Source: a virus
Strand: one strand, 5' to 3'
UHGV virus genome: UHGV-0097368
Length of the DNA stretch: 17,604 nucleotides
Of the stretch, positions 8,255 to 15,872 are shown piece by piece (the stretch's first letter is position 1; each line of letters opens with the position of its first letter). The position numbers and the translations under genes were made by a program. Below the pieces are notes generated by a model. That model ran no database searches and was not told where the DNA came from. It saw only the letters and a list, made by a program, of their open reading frames with translations.

Positions 8255-9115
8255 TCACCTGTCGAAAAACACGTAGCCAGTTTTCGATACGGTGATTGCG
8301 GATGATGGTTTGGATTGTGGTTGAATAGTTTCTGGCTTCTCGTCGTTCCAGCGTTGACCGTTCAGGTAGCTCGATGGTAACAACCTGTCGAATCCGAACT
8401 GCTTACCATTCCTGCATGCGATGTCTTCTGCCAGCATCGTGGCAAACTCGCTTGCCGTACCCCTGGTAGTTTTACGCCATTCCCTGAACTGTGTTCTGAA
8501 TGCCGAAGCTGCGTTTTTCTTCCCGGCTTTCCGCATGCCTGCACACCAGAATATTTCCTCGAATGCCTTGTCGGTTTCTTCGTGACGGTCATGTGATTTT
8601 TCACACTCCGTCCGAACACTTTCGGACATAGTGTTTTTATTATTTCTTTTTTCTTTTGTAATAGTTTCTTTTGTGTGTCCCTGTTTTGGTGACAGCGCTG
8701 TCACCGTTTTGGTGACACTTTTTGTCACCAATGCAGTGACATTATCACCAGAGTAGTGACACCCTTCTATTTGCCATTCCTCGATGTTCTTGTTAGGCCC
8801 GATTTGCTGGCCTTCGCGAAGGATAACCTTCATCGCGATAAGCTCATTCTTGGCCTTGTTTACCTTCTGTCTTGGCAGCCTGGTAATTTGAGCTAACTGA
8901 CTATCAGAGATGCGATCCATCTTTTTACCGTAGCCGTATGTTTTACGGCATATGGCGTGGGCAACCTTGCTCTGATTTTTCGTTAAATCTGCGCCGATAA
9001 GCTCTTCATACAGGGCATTTGCAAGACGGGTATAACCATCTTCAACTTCTGCCACACGACGCTCCACAGGCCGTTGTGAAGGCCTTAAATGTGTTACGGT
9101 TGCAAGATTACTCAT
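8255..9115 (-). CDS. Replication initiator, lambda O-like N-terminal iteron-binding domain with a different C-terminal domain
   Basis: 286 aa; N-terminal [56 protein letters not shown] resembles the lambda O N-domain; iterons lie inside the gene; AAGGAG upstream of the ATG. Confidence 0.8.
   Translation of the reverse strand: MSNLATVTHLRPSQRPVERRVAEVEDGYTRLANALYEELIGADLTKNQSKVAHAICRKTYGYGKKMDRISDSQLAQITRLPRQKVNKAKNELIAMKVILREGQQIGPNKNIEEWQIEGCHYSGDNVTALVTKSVTKTVTALSPKQGHTKETITKEKRNNKNTMSESVRTECEKSHDRHEETDKAFEEIFWCAGMRKAGKKNAASAFRTQFREWRKTTRGTASEFATMLAEDIACRNGKQFGFDRLLPSSYLNGQRWNDEKPETIQPQSKPSSAITVSKTGYVFFDR
8630..8764 (-). repeat. Replication origin: four palindromic iterons (8688-8764) followed by an AT-rich tract (8630-8686) inside the O-like gene
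   Basis: Plus strand reads GGTGACAGCGCTGTCACC, GGTGACACTTTTTGTCACC, GCAGTGACATTATCACC, GTAGTGACACCC at roughly 23-bp spacing, next to TTTTATTATTTCTTTTTTCTTTTGTAATAGTTTCTTTTG. Confidence 0.75.
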
Positions 9116-9254
9116 GACCTTTCTCCTTCTGCATCAGCTTCACTTTTTCCAACTCAGCCCGGAATCGACCAGGCTGCTTGAAGCTGGACAGGAAGCGATC
9201 ACGTAGTATGTGTTTGTGAATTTTGTCCTGGTAAGGACTGAGTTGTTTTGTCAT
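9108..9254 (-). CDS. Small basic ORF (48 aa) between cII and the initiator gene
   Basis: Hand translation [48 protein letters not shown]; GGGAG 5 nt upstream of the ATG; overlaps the O-like start by 8 nt. No homolog recognised. Confidence 0.35.
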   Translation of the reverse strand: MTKQLSPYQDKIHKHILRDRFLSSFKQPGRFRAELEKVKLMQKEKGHE

Positions 9255-9288
9255 AATTACTCCCGTGGATTGATCCAGTCTTTCTACA

Positions 9289-9567
9289 TTAGGCCTCGAA
9301 GAATTCGCCGTTCTTCGGGGCTTTTTCTTTTGTCAGCATTCTGGCTACTTGCTTAGCCAGTTCCGCCAACTCCTCGTCTTCAACACCCCATTCCAGCACA
9401 GCCAGAAGCATGGCCATCTTTGGGATAAAGCTGTCTTTCCATCGCGAAATTTGCGATTCATTAATCCCTAACGCGTCGGCAACCTTTCGCTGACCACGTA
9501 CAGCAATTCGATTCAGGATGTTGCTTGTAATTGCATTCGCTTTCTTGCGAGTACTTGTAAGTTGCAT
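9289..9567 (-). CDS. cII: cII-like transcriptional activator (divergent from lambda cII)
   Basis: 92 aa from [61 protein letters not shown]; helix-turn-helix SQISRWK and the LLAVLEWG segment are shared with lambda cII; N- and C-termini differ. Confidence 0.85.
   Translation of the reverse strand: MQLTSTRKKANAITSNILNRIAVRGQRKVADALGINESQISRWKDSFIPKMAMLLAVLEWGVEDEELAELAKQVARMLTKEKAPKNGEFFEA
9294..9331 (+). terminator. Intrinsic terminator antisense to the 3' end of cII (oop-RNA-type terminator)
   Basis: Plus strand CCTCGAAGAA-TTCGCCG-TTCTTCGGGG followed by CTTTTTCTTTT. Position and orientation match the lambda oop terminator; the promoter could not be placed confidently. Confidence 0.6.
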
Positions 9568-9577
9568 ATGTAAGTAT
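9545..9577 (+). promoter_or_regulatory. Candidate PRE (cII-activated promoter): TTGC-N6-TTGT plus AAGTAT -10
   Basis: TTGCGAGTACTTGT at 9545-9558 and AAGTAT at 9572-9577 have the same spacing as the lambda TTGC-N6-TTGC / -10 arrangement; a perfect TTGCTTGTAATTGC also lies at 9521-9534. Confidence 0.5.
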
Positions 9578-9646
9578 TTCCTTAGATAACAATTGATTGA
9601 ATGTATGCAAATAAATGCATACACCATAGGTGTGGTTTAATTTGAT

Positions 9647-9678
9647 GCCCTTTTTCAGGGCTGGAATGTGTAAGAGCG
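9647..9678 (-). promoter_or_regulatory. nutR (boxA CGCTCTTAC, boxB GCCCTGAAAAAGGGC)
   Basis: Reverse complement of 9647-9678 gives CGCTCTTACACATTCCAGCCCTGAAAAAGGGC just downstream of cro. Confidence 0.85.
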
Positions 9679-9685
9679 GGGTTAT

Positions 9686-9895
<210 letters not shown>

Positions 9896-9910
9896 TTAGT
9901 ACATGCAACC

Positions 9911-9980
9911 ATTATCACCGCTAGAGGTAAAATAGTCAACACGCACGGTGTTAGATATTTATCCCTTGCGGTGATAGATT
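9911..9980. promoter_or_regulatory. Right operator OR1-OR2-OR3 with divergent promoters PR (minus) and PRM (plus)
   Basis: OR1 9913-9929 TATCACCGCTAGAGGTA, OR2 9937-9953 CAACACGCACGGTGTTA, OR3 9960-9976 TATCCCTTGCGGTGATA. PR -10 (rc GATAAT) 9911-9916 and -35 (rc TTGACT) 9934-9939; PRM -35 TAGATA 9952-9957 and -10 TAGATT 9975-9980. Confidence 0.9.
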
Positions 9981-9983
9981 TAA

Positions 9984-10700
<717 letters not shown>

Positions 10701-10812
10701 TCGGCAAGGTGTTCTGGTCGGCGCATAGCTGATAACAATTGAGCAAGAATCTTCATCGAATTAGGGGAATTTTCACTCCCCTCAGAACATAACATAGTAA
10801 ATGGATTGAATT

Positions 10813-11652
10813 ATGAAGAATGGTTTTTATGCGACTTACCGCAGCAAAAATAAAGGGAAAGATAAGCGCTCAATAAACCTGTCTGTTTTCCTTAATTCTC
10901 TGCTGGCTGATAATCATCACCTGCAGGTTGGCTCCAATTATTTGTATATTCATAAAATCGATGGAAAAACTTTTCTCTTTACCAAAACAAATGACAAGAG
11001 TCTGGTTCAGAAGATAAATCGCTCTAAAGCTTCAGTTGAAGATATTAAGAACAGCCTCGCAGATGACGAATCATTGGGATTCCCATCTTTTTTGTTTGTT
11101 GAAGGCGACACCATTGGTTTTGCCAGAACTGTTTTCGGGCCGACCACATCCGATCTGACAGATTTTTTAATCGGGAAAGGAATGTCATTAAGCAGTGGAG
11201 AGCGCGTTCAGATAGAGCCACTGATGAGGGGAACCACCAAAGACGATGTTATGCATATGCATTTCATCGGCCGAACAACGGTGAAGGTAGAAGCCAAGCT
11301 ACCTGTATTTGGCGATATATTAAAGGTCTTAGGGGCAACAGATATTGAAGGGGAGCTTTTTGACTCATTGGATATAGTCATTAAGCCAAAATTTAAAAGG
11401 GATATAAAAAAGGTTGCCAAGGATATTATTTTTAACCCGTCACCTCAATTTTCAGACATTAGCCTGCGGGCAAAAGATGAGGCCGGAGATATTTTAACAG
11501 AACATTATCTATCAGAAAAAGGCCATCTCTCAGCGCCTCTGAACAAGGTCACCAATGCTGAGATAGCTGAAGAGATGGCATATTGCTACGCAAGAATGAA
11601 AAGTGATATACTGGAATGTTTTAAAAGGCAGGTGGGCAAAGTTAAGGATTAA
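10813..11652 (+). CDS. rexA: RexA (Rex exclusion system sensor component)
   Basis: 279 aa MKNGFYATYRSKNKGKDKRSINLSVFLNSLLADNHHLQ..., lambda RexA. Confidence 0.95.
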   Translation: MKNGFYATYRSKNKGKDKRSINLSVFLNSLLADNHHLQVGSNYLYIHKIDGKTFLFTKTNDKSLVQKINRSKASVEDIKNSLADDESLGFPSFLFVEGDTIGFARTVFGPTTSDLTDFLIGKGMSLSSGERVQIEPLMRGTTKDDVMHMHFIGRTTVKVEAKLPVFGDILKVLGATDIEGELFDSLDIVIKPKFKRDIKKVAKDIIFNPSPQFSDISLRAKDEAGDILTEHYLSEKGHLSAPLNKVTNAEIAEEMAYCYARMKSDILECFKRQVGKVKD

Positions 11653-11667
11653 TTATCAGGAGTAATT

Positions 11668-12102
11668 ATGCGGAACAGAATCATGCCTGGTGTTTACATA
11701 GTAATAATTCCTTACGTTATCGTAAGCATTTGCTATCTCCTTTTCCGCCACTACATTCCTGGTGTTTCTTTTTCAGCTCATAGAGATGGTCTTGGGGCGA
11801 CATTGTCATCATATGCAGGAACCATGATTGCAATCCTGATTGCTGCCTTGACGTTTCTAATCGGAAGCAGAACGCGCCGACTGGCCAAGATTAGAGAGTA
11901 TGGGTATATGACATCGGTAGTTATTGTCTATGCCCTTAGTTTTGTTGAGCTTGGAGCTTTGTTTTTCTGCGGGTTATTGCTTCTTTCCAGCATAAGCGGC
12001 TACATGATACCCACTATCGCCATCGGCATTGCCTCTGCATCGTTCATTCATATATGCATCCTTGTTTTCCAACTATATAATTTGACCAGAGAACAAGAAT
12101 AA
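11668..12102 (+). CDS. rexB: RexB (Rex exclusion system membrane component)
   Basis: 144 aa hydrophobic MRNRIMPGVYIVIIPYVIVSICYLLFRHY..., lambda RexB. Confidence 0.95.
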   Translation: MRNRIMPGVYIVIIPYVIVSICYLLFRHYIPGVSFSAHRDGLGATLSSYAGTMIAILIAALTFLIGSRTRRLAKIREYGYMTSVVIVYALSFVELGALFFCGLLLLSSISGYMIPTIAIGIASASFIHICILVFQLYNLTREQE

Positions 12103-12128
12103 CCCGGCCTCAGCGCCGGGTTTTCTTT
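12103..12128 (+). terminator. Intrinsic terminator after rexB (tIMM)
   Basis: CCCGGC-CTCAGC-GCCGGG followed by TTTTCTTT immediately after the rexB stop. Confidence 0.8.
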
Positions 12129-12275
12129 GCCTCACGATCGCCCCCAAAACACATAACCAATTGTATTTATTGAAAAATAAATAGATACAACTCACTAAAC
12201 ATAGCAATTCAGATCCCTCACCTACCAAACAATGCCCCCCTGCAAAAAATAAATTCATATAAAAAACATACAGAT

Positions 12276-12337
12276 AACCATCTGCGGTGATAAATTATCT
12301 CTGGCGGTGTTGACATAAATACCACTGGCGGTGATAC
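12276..12337 (+). promoter_or_regulatory. Left operator OL3-OL2-OL1 and promoter PL
   Basis: OL3 AACCATCTGCGGTGATA 12276-12292, OL2 TATCTCTGGCGGTGTTG 12296-12312, OL1 TACCACTGGCGGTGATA 12320-12336; -35 TTGACA 12310-12315; -10 GATACT 12332-12337. Confidence 0.92.
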
Positions 12338-12378
12338 TGAGCACATCAGCAGGACGCACTGACCACCATTGAAGGTGA

Positions 12379-12409
12379 GGTTCTTAAAAATTAAGCCCTG
12401 AAGAAGGGC
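12379..12409 (+). promoter_or_regulatory. nutL (boxB GCCCTGAAGAAGGGC; boxA position reads GGTTCTTAAAAATTAA)
   Basis: boxB hairpin at 12395-12409 is canonical; the preceding boxA-position sequence deviates from the CGCTCTT(T)A consensus at two bases. Confidence 0.8.
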
Positions 12410-12677
12410 AGCATTCAAAGCAGAAGGCTTTGGGGTGTGGTGAAGCCAGCTAGTCACTGGCAAGTGCTTACCTACTGTTGAGCGGTGAAGCGCTCCCAAC
12501 GCTAGCAATAGCGTGGACGAGATGGGGAGCCGCGGGCGATAAGGCCGCCATAACGCGCACGTTGTCGCATGGAAAAATCGCTGGGGTGCCGGTTATCCCC
12601 CTCCGAATGAGACTCAACAAGCTGGAGCTAGACTACCAGCCACCACACCACCAAAGCTAACTGACAGGAGAATCCAG

Positions 12678-13004
12678 ATGGATGCACAAACACGCCGCCG
12701 CGAACGTCGCGCAGAGAAACAGGCTCAATGGAAAGCAGCAAATCCCCTGTTGGTTGGGGTAAGCGCAAAACCAGTTAACCGCCCTATTCTCTCGCTGAAT
12801 CGCAAACCGAAATCACGAGTAGAAAGCGCACTGAATCCGATAGACCTTACGGTGCTGGCTGAATACCACGAACAGATTGAAAGCAACCTGCAACGTATTG
12901 AACGCAAGAATCAGCGCACATGGTACAGCAAGCCACGCAGTGAAATGGGTGTGACTTGTGTTGGTCGCCAGAAAATGAAATTAGGCAGCAAACCACTTAT
13001 TTGA
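12678..13004 (+). CDS. N: Antiterminator N (lambda-type, variant C-terminal region)
   Basis: 108 aa MDAQTRRRERRAEKQAQWKAANPLLVGVSAKPVNRPILSLNRKPKSRVESALNPIDLTVLAEYH...; Arg-rich boxB-binding motif at the N-terminus; the last ~25 residues differ from lambda N as I recall it. Confidence 0.92.
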   Translation: MDAQTRRRERRAEKQAQWKAANPLLVGVSAKPVNRPILSLNRKPKSRVESALNPIDLTVLAEYHEQIESNLQRIERKNQRTWYSKPRSEMGVTCVGRQKMKLGSKPLI

Positions 13005-13012
13005 GGTGAGAT

Positions 13013-13483
13013 ATGACAAAATCATGGAGCGTACCTTTTCCTGAATCAGAAACTGAACATGATGGAATGCCTGTTTTCTGGAGATTCCAGGCGACAGTTG
13101 AAGAAGATGGGATAAAAATATTCGCACTTCAATATATAGCTTTTCATCAGACAGAGCATTATGCATGGTTGGTTCCTGCGCATTGGATTGTTAATTTTAA
13201 ACCAGCACCAAATCAGTGGTTACAGGAATGGAAACAAAGGAGAAATAGATATGCAATTAAGAAAGTAGCAAAAAATGCAGAAAGATCTTTTGCATTCCCA
13301 ACGAAGAAACTTGCCATTGAGAGTTTATTGCGCCGGAAGAAATACCATTTAATGAGAATCAAACAAGATTTGGCTGTTGTATCAACTCTTGTTGATGGGA
13401 TGAAGAATATTGATACATCAACACCAGATATTGAATATAACTTTGGGCACAACCAAGAAACAGAAAATTGGGTATTTTATTAG
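13013..13483 (+). CDS. Hypothetical 156 aa protein (AT-rich moron at the position of lambda ral/sieB)
   Basis: Uninterrupted ORF starting 9 nt after the N stop with GAGGTGAG upstream; no family recognised; codon-level AT-richness far above the neighbours. Confidence 0.6.
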   Translation: MTKSWSVPFPESETEHDGMPVFWRFQATVEEDGIKIFALQYIAFHQTEHYAWLVPAHWIVNFKPAPNQWLQEWKQRRNRYAIKKVAKNAERSFAFPTKKLAIESLLRRKKYHLMRIKQDLAVVSTLVDGMKNIDTSTPDIEYNFGHNQETENWVFY

Positions 13484-13587
13484 TACGAGTAAGCACTGTG
13501 TGTTAATTCCAACGAGTGAATACACGGAGCAATGTCGCTCGTAACTAAACAGGAGCCGACTTGTTCTGATTATTGGAAATCTTCTTT

Positions 13588-13611
13588 GCCCTCCAATGTG
13601 AGGGCTTTTTT
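13588..13611 (+). terminator. Intrinsic terminator between orf156 and the cIII-like gene
   Basis: GCCCTC-CAATGT-GAGGGC followed by TTTTTT. Confidence 0.7.
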
Positions 13612-13677
13612 ATATGCATACCAATAACTCTTCACTCGAGGCGTTTTCGTTATGCAATCAAACAGAAGGAGCATCCT

Positions 13678-13848
13678 ATGCAACAGTTCGCTATTGCAGG
13701 GGCGGCATCGGTTCGCCCTTTCAACCCGATTTTATCGGTACAGCATTCACGAAAAAATATTTTAACCGGAGCAGACTTTAAACAACCAAGAATGAAAAGT
13801 TTGCTCGAAAAGCTTTGGGATATTTTGAAACAACAAGGCCGTCCATGA
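13678..13848 (+). CDS. cIII: cIII-like protein (FtsH-inhibitor family), divergent
   Basis: 56 aa MQQFAIAGAASVRPFNPILSVQHSRKNILTGADFKQPRMKSLLEKLWDILKQQGRP; shares MQ.AIAG at the start and the SLLE...L.DIL.Q.G tail with lambda CIII; AGGAG upstream. Confidence 0.7.
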   Translation: MQQFAIAGAASVRPFNPILSVQHSRKNILTGADFKQPRMKSLLEKLWDILKQQGRP

Positions 13849-14015
13849 GTTTTACAGATAACTGGTCAGACGAAGAATTCATTCGTCAGATGAAAGATTT
13901 AATCGGTAACGAAGGAGATATTCATGTCACTTGCAACCACAGTGAAGGAGAGCAAGTTACAGAGACGCATGTACACGCAGCAGGCGTTAATGTATCGCCA
14001 GAAGGGAGATCGTGA
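13845..14015 (+). CDS. Hypothetical small protein (56 aa) at the kil/arf position
   Basis: ATG overlaps the cIII-like stop (ATGA); MSFTDNWSDEEFIRQMKDLIGNEGDIHVTCNHSEGEQ...; no family recognised. Confidence 0.4.
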   Translation: MSFTDNWSDEEFIRQMKDLIGNEGDIHVTCNHSEGEQVTETHVHAAGVNVSPEGRS

Positions 14016-14104
14016 AGGTGTTCGCGTATTTTTAAATGCGGCAAAGACTGAAGTATTAAACCAGCGTTATTTCCTTGGGCCATGTCCATTCTGAGAACAA
14101 TCAT

Positions 14105-14710
14105 ATGAGCAAAGAATTTTACGCAAGACTGGCAGCTATTCAGGAGAATCTGAACGCGCCAAAGAATCAGTACAACTCATTCGGTAAATATAAATACAGA
14201 AGCTGCGAAGACATTCTTGAAGGCGTTAAGCCGTTACTGAATGGCCTGTTTTTATCAATCAGCGATGAAGTTGTGTTGATTGGTGATCGGTATTATGTGA
14301 AAGCCACGGCAACTATTACCGATGGCGAAAACAGTCATACGGCAACCGCTCTTGCACGAGAGGAAGAAAGCAAGAAAGGAATGGATTCTGCACAAGTTAC
14401 GGGAGCTACAAGCTCTTATGCACGCAAGTATTGCCTCAATGGTTTGTTCGGCATTGATGATGCGAAAGATGCAGATACCGACGAGCATAAACATCAGCAG
14501 AACGCAGCAGCAAAGCAGTCAAAACCATCACCTACACCTGAACAGGTTCTAAAAGCATTCACTGACGCAGCAATGCATAAAAACACCGTGGAAGAGCTTA
14601 AACAGGCTTTCGCCAAAGCGTGGAAGATGCTCGAAGGAACACCGGAGCAGCACAAAGCGCAGGACGTTTACAACATCAGACGAGACGAATTAGAAGGAGC
14701 GGCTGCTTAA
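14105..14710 (+). CDS. erf: Erf-family single-strand annealing recombinase (P22 Erf-like)
   Basis: MSKEFYARLAAIQENLNAPKNQYNSFGKYKYRSCEDILEGVKPLLNGLFLSISDEVVLIGDRYYVKATATITDGENSHTA is characteristic of the Erf family; the upstream TTG-initiated extension in the ORF track is unlikely to be used. Confidence 0.85.
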   Translation: MSKEFYARLAAIQENLNAPKNQYNSFGKYKYRSCEDILEGVKPLLNGLFLSISDEVVLIGDRYYVKATATITDGENSHTATALAREEESKKGMDSAQVTGATSSYARKYCLNGLFGIDDAKDADTDEHKHQQNAAAKQSKPSPTPEQVLKAFTDAAMHKNTVEELKQAFAKAWKMLEGTPEQHKAQDVYNIRRDELEGAAA

Positions 14711-15093
14711 TGGCACATTCGATTACTGTAAGACTAAACAAGCCCGCAAGAGAGTTTCAGGCCGGGGAAAATATCGGATTCAACATCCGTGCTGGCGTTC
14801 AGTATTACGATCGCCAGACAAAAAAGAAAGAATGGACAAACTACAGCGCCGTTGTATTTGCCAAGCCGGGAGCGCAAGCGGATTACTACCGTAGTGTTCT
14901 TGTTGAAGGTGGCATTGTGGAAATTACCGGAGAAAACATCAGGGTTGATGTTTATCAGGGGCAAAATGGTCAATCAATCACTCTTGAATTACTGAATGCA
15001 AAGATTGGATTTGCAACTTCAGGAAACAGCCAACAGCAGCAAAGTAGCAATCATCAAAATCATCCTGAATACGACGATTCAATTCCCTTCTAG
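14710..15093 (+). CDS. Phage single-stranded DNA-binding protein (OB fold, acidic C-terminal tail)
   Basis: 127 aa from MAHSITVRLNK...; Gln-rich linker and C-terminal EYDDSIPF tail like the SSB DDDIPF tip; ATG overlaps the erf stop (TAATG). Confidence 0.75.
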   Translation: MAHSITVRLNKPAREFQAGENIGFNIRAGVQYYDRQTKKKEWTNYSAVVFAKPGAQADYYRSVLVEGGIVEITGENIRVDVYQGQNGQSITLELLNAKIGFATSGNSQQQQSSNHQNHPEYDDSIPF

Positions 15094-15116
15094 ATTAGCA
15101 AAATAAGGATTCCATT

Positions 15117-15410
15117 ATGCCAGCGCCTCTGTATGGTGCGGATGACCCGCGCCGCTGTTCCGGCAATTCCGTATCGGAGGTGCTGGATAAATTCAGAAAA
15201 AACTACGATCGGATAATGTCGCTACCGCAGGAAACGAAAGAGGAAAAGGAATTTCGCCATTGTATATGGCTTGCAGAGAAAGAAGAACGCGAGCGAATTT
15301 ACCAGACATCAATCCGACCATTCCGCAAAGCCACATATACCCACTTCCCTGAAATTGACCCGCGCCTGCGTAATTACCGCTCACGCTATGGCGCTATCAG
15401 TAATGACTGA
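15117..15410 (+). CDS. Hypothetical protein (97 aa)
   Basis: ATG with AAGGA 7 nt upstream; MPAPLYGADDPRRCSGNSVSEVLDKFRKNYDRIMSLPQETKEEKEF...; no family recognised. Confidence 0.6.
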   Translation: MPAPLYGADDPRRCSGNSVSEVLDKFRKNYDRIMSLPQETKEEKEFRHCIWLAEKEERERIYQTSIRPFRKATYTHFPEIDPRLRNYRSRYGAISND

Positions 15411-15420
15411 GGAATTAACA

Positions 15421-15711
15421 ATGAAAACAATGAAGCTAAACATCGACCTCGGCAAATACGTTATTACCGGAACCAAACACGACCTGATTCTTAGTGAAAG
15501 AGGAATTATCAAAGAAGGTGATAATGCAGGTAAAGAAACACTAAGCCGTATCGGTTATTACAGCAAGTTTGAGCATCTGGTTAAAGAGCTATGTAACCGT
15601 GAAATCCTGTTATCTCAGGCGCAGACGCTACAGGATATTCAGCAGCATATCGAGACTTTAGGTGTTTCACTTAGCATAGCTATTGACCAGTTCGTGGAGA
15701 GTAAACCATGA
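15421..15711 (+). CDS. Hypothetical protein (96 aa)
   Basis: ATG at 15421 with GAGGA 7 nt upstream; [50 protein letters not shown]...; the longer ORF-track version starts at a non-ATG codon inside the previous gene. Confidence 0.6.
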   Translation: MKTMKLNIDLGKYVITGTKHDLILSERGIIKEGDNAGKETLSRIGYYSKFEHLVKELCNREILLSQAQTLQDIQQHIETLGVSLSIAIDQFVESKP

Positions 15712-15872
15712 GAGGACTTGCATACAATCCCGGCATTCTTCCGGCAGAAATGATTATTCGCCAACGCGTAAAGCCAATGCCATCGAGAGAGGAATTGCTT
15801 AAGAGAAATTCTTTTCCATCAGTGAATCAAAACAAATATCTGAATGCGATGTGGCGGAGTGGGAAGAAATGA
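15708..15872 (+). CDS. Hypothetical small protein (54 aa)
   Basis: Not in the ORF track; ATGA overlaps at both ends; [54 protein letters not shown]. Confidence 0.45.
   Translation: MRGLAYNPGILPAEMIIRQRVKPMPSREELLKRNSFPSVNQNKYLNAMWRSGKK

Noticed and set aside
12073-12660. ORFs 12073-12258, 12218-12508 (minus) and 12478-12660 (plus) across the PL/OL and N-leader region
   Set aside because: They overlap the operator, promoter and nut sites or the untranslated N leader, begin at non-ATG codons and have no ribosome-binding sites; the region is regulatory RNA/DNA.
13213-13452. Minus-strand 79 aa ORF antisense to orf156
   Set aside because: AT-rich antisense frame with Phe/Ile/Leu-rich translation and no ribosome-binding site; the sense ORF is the better-supported gene.
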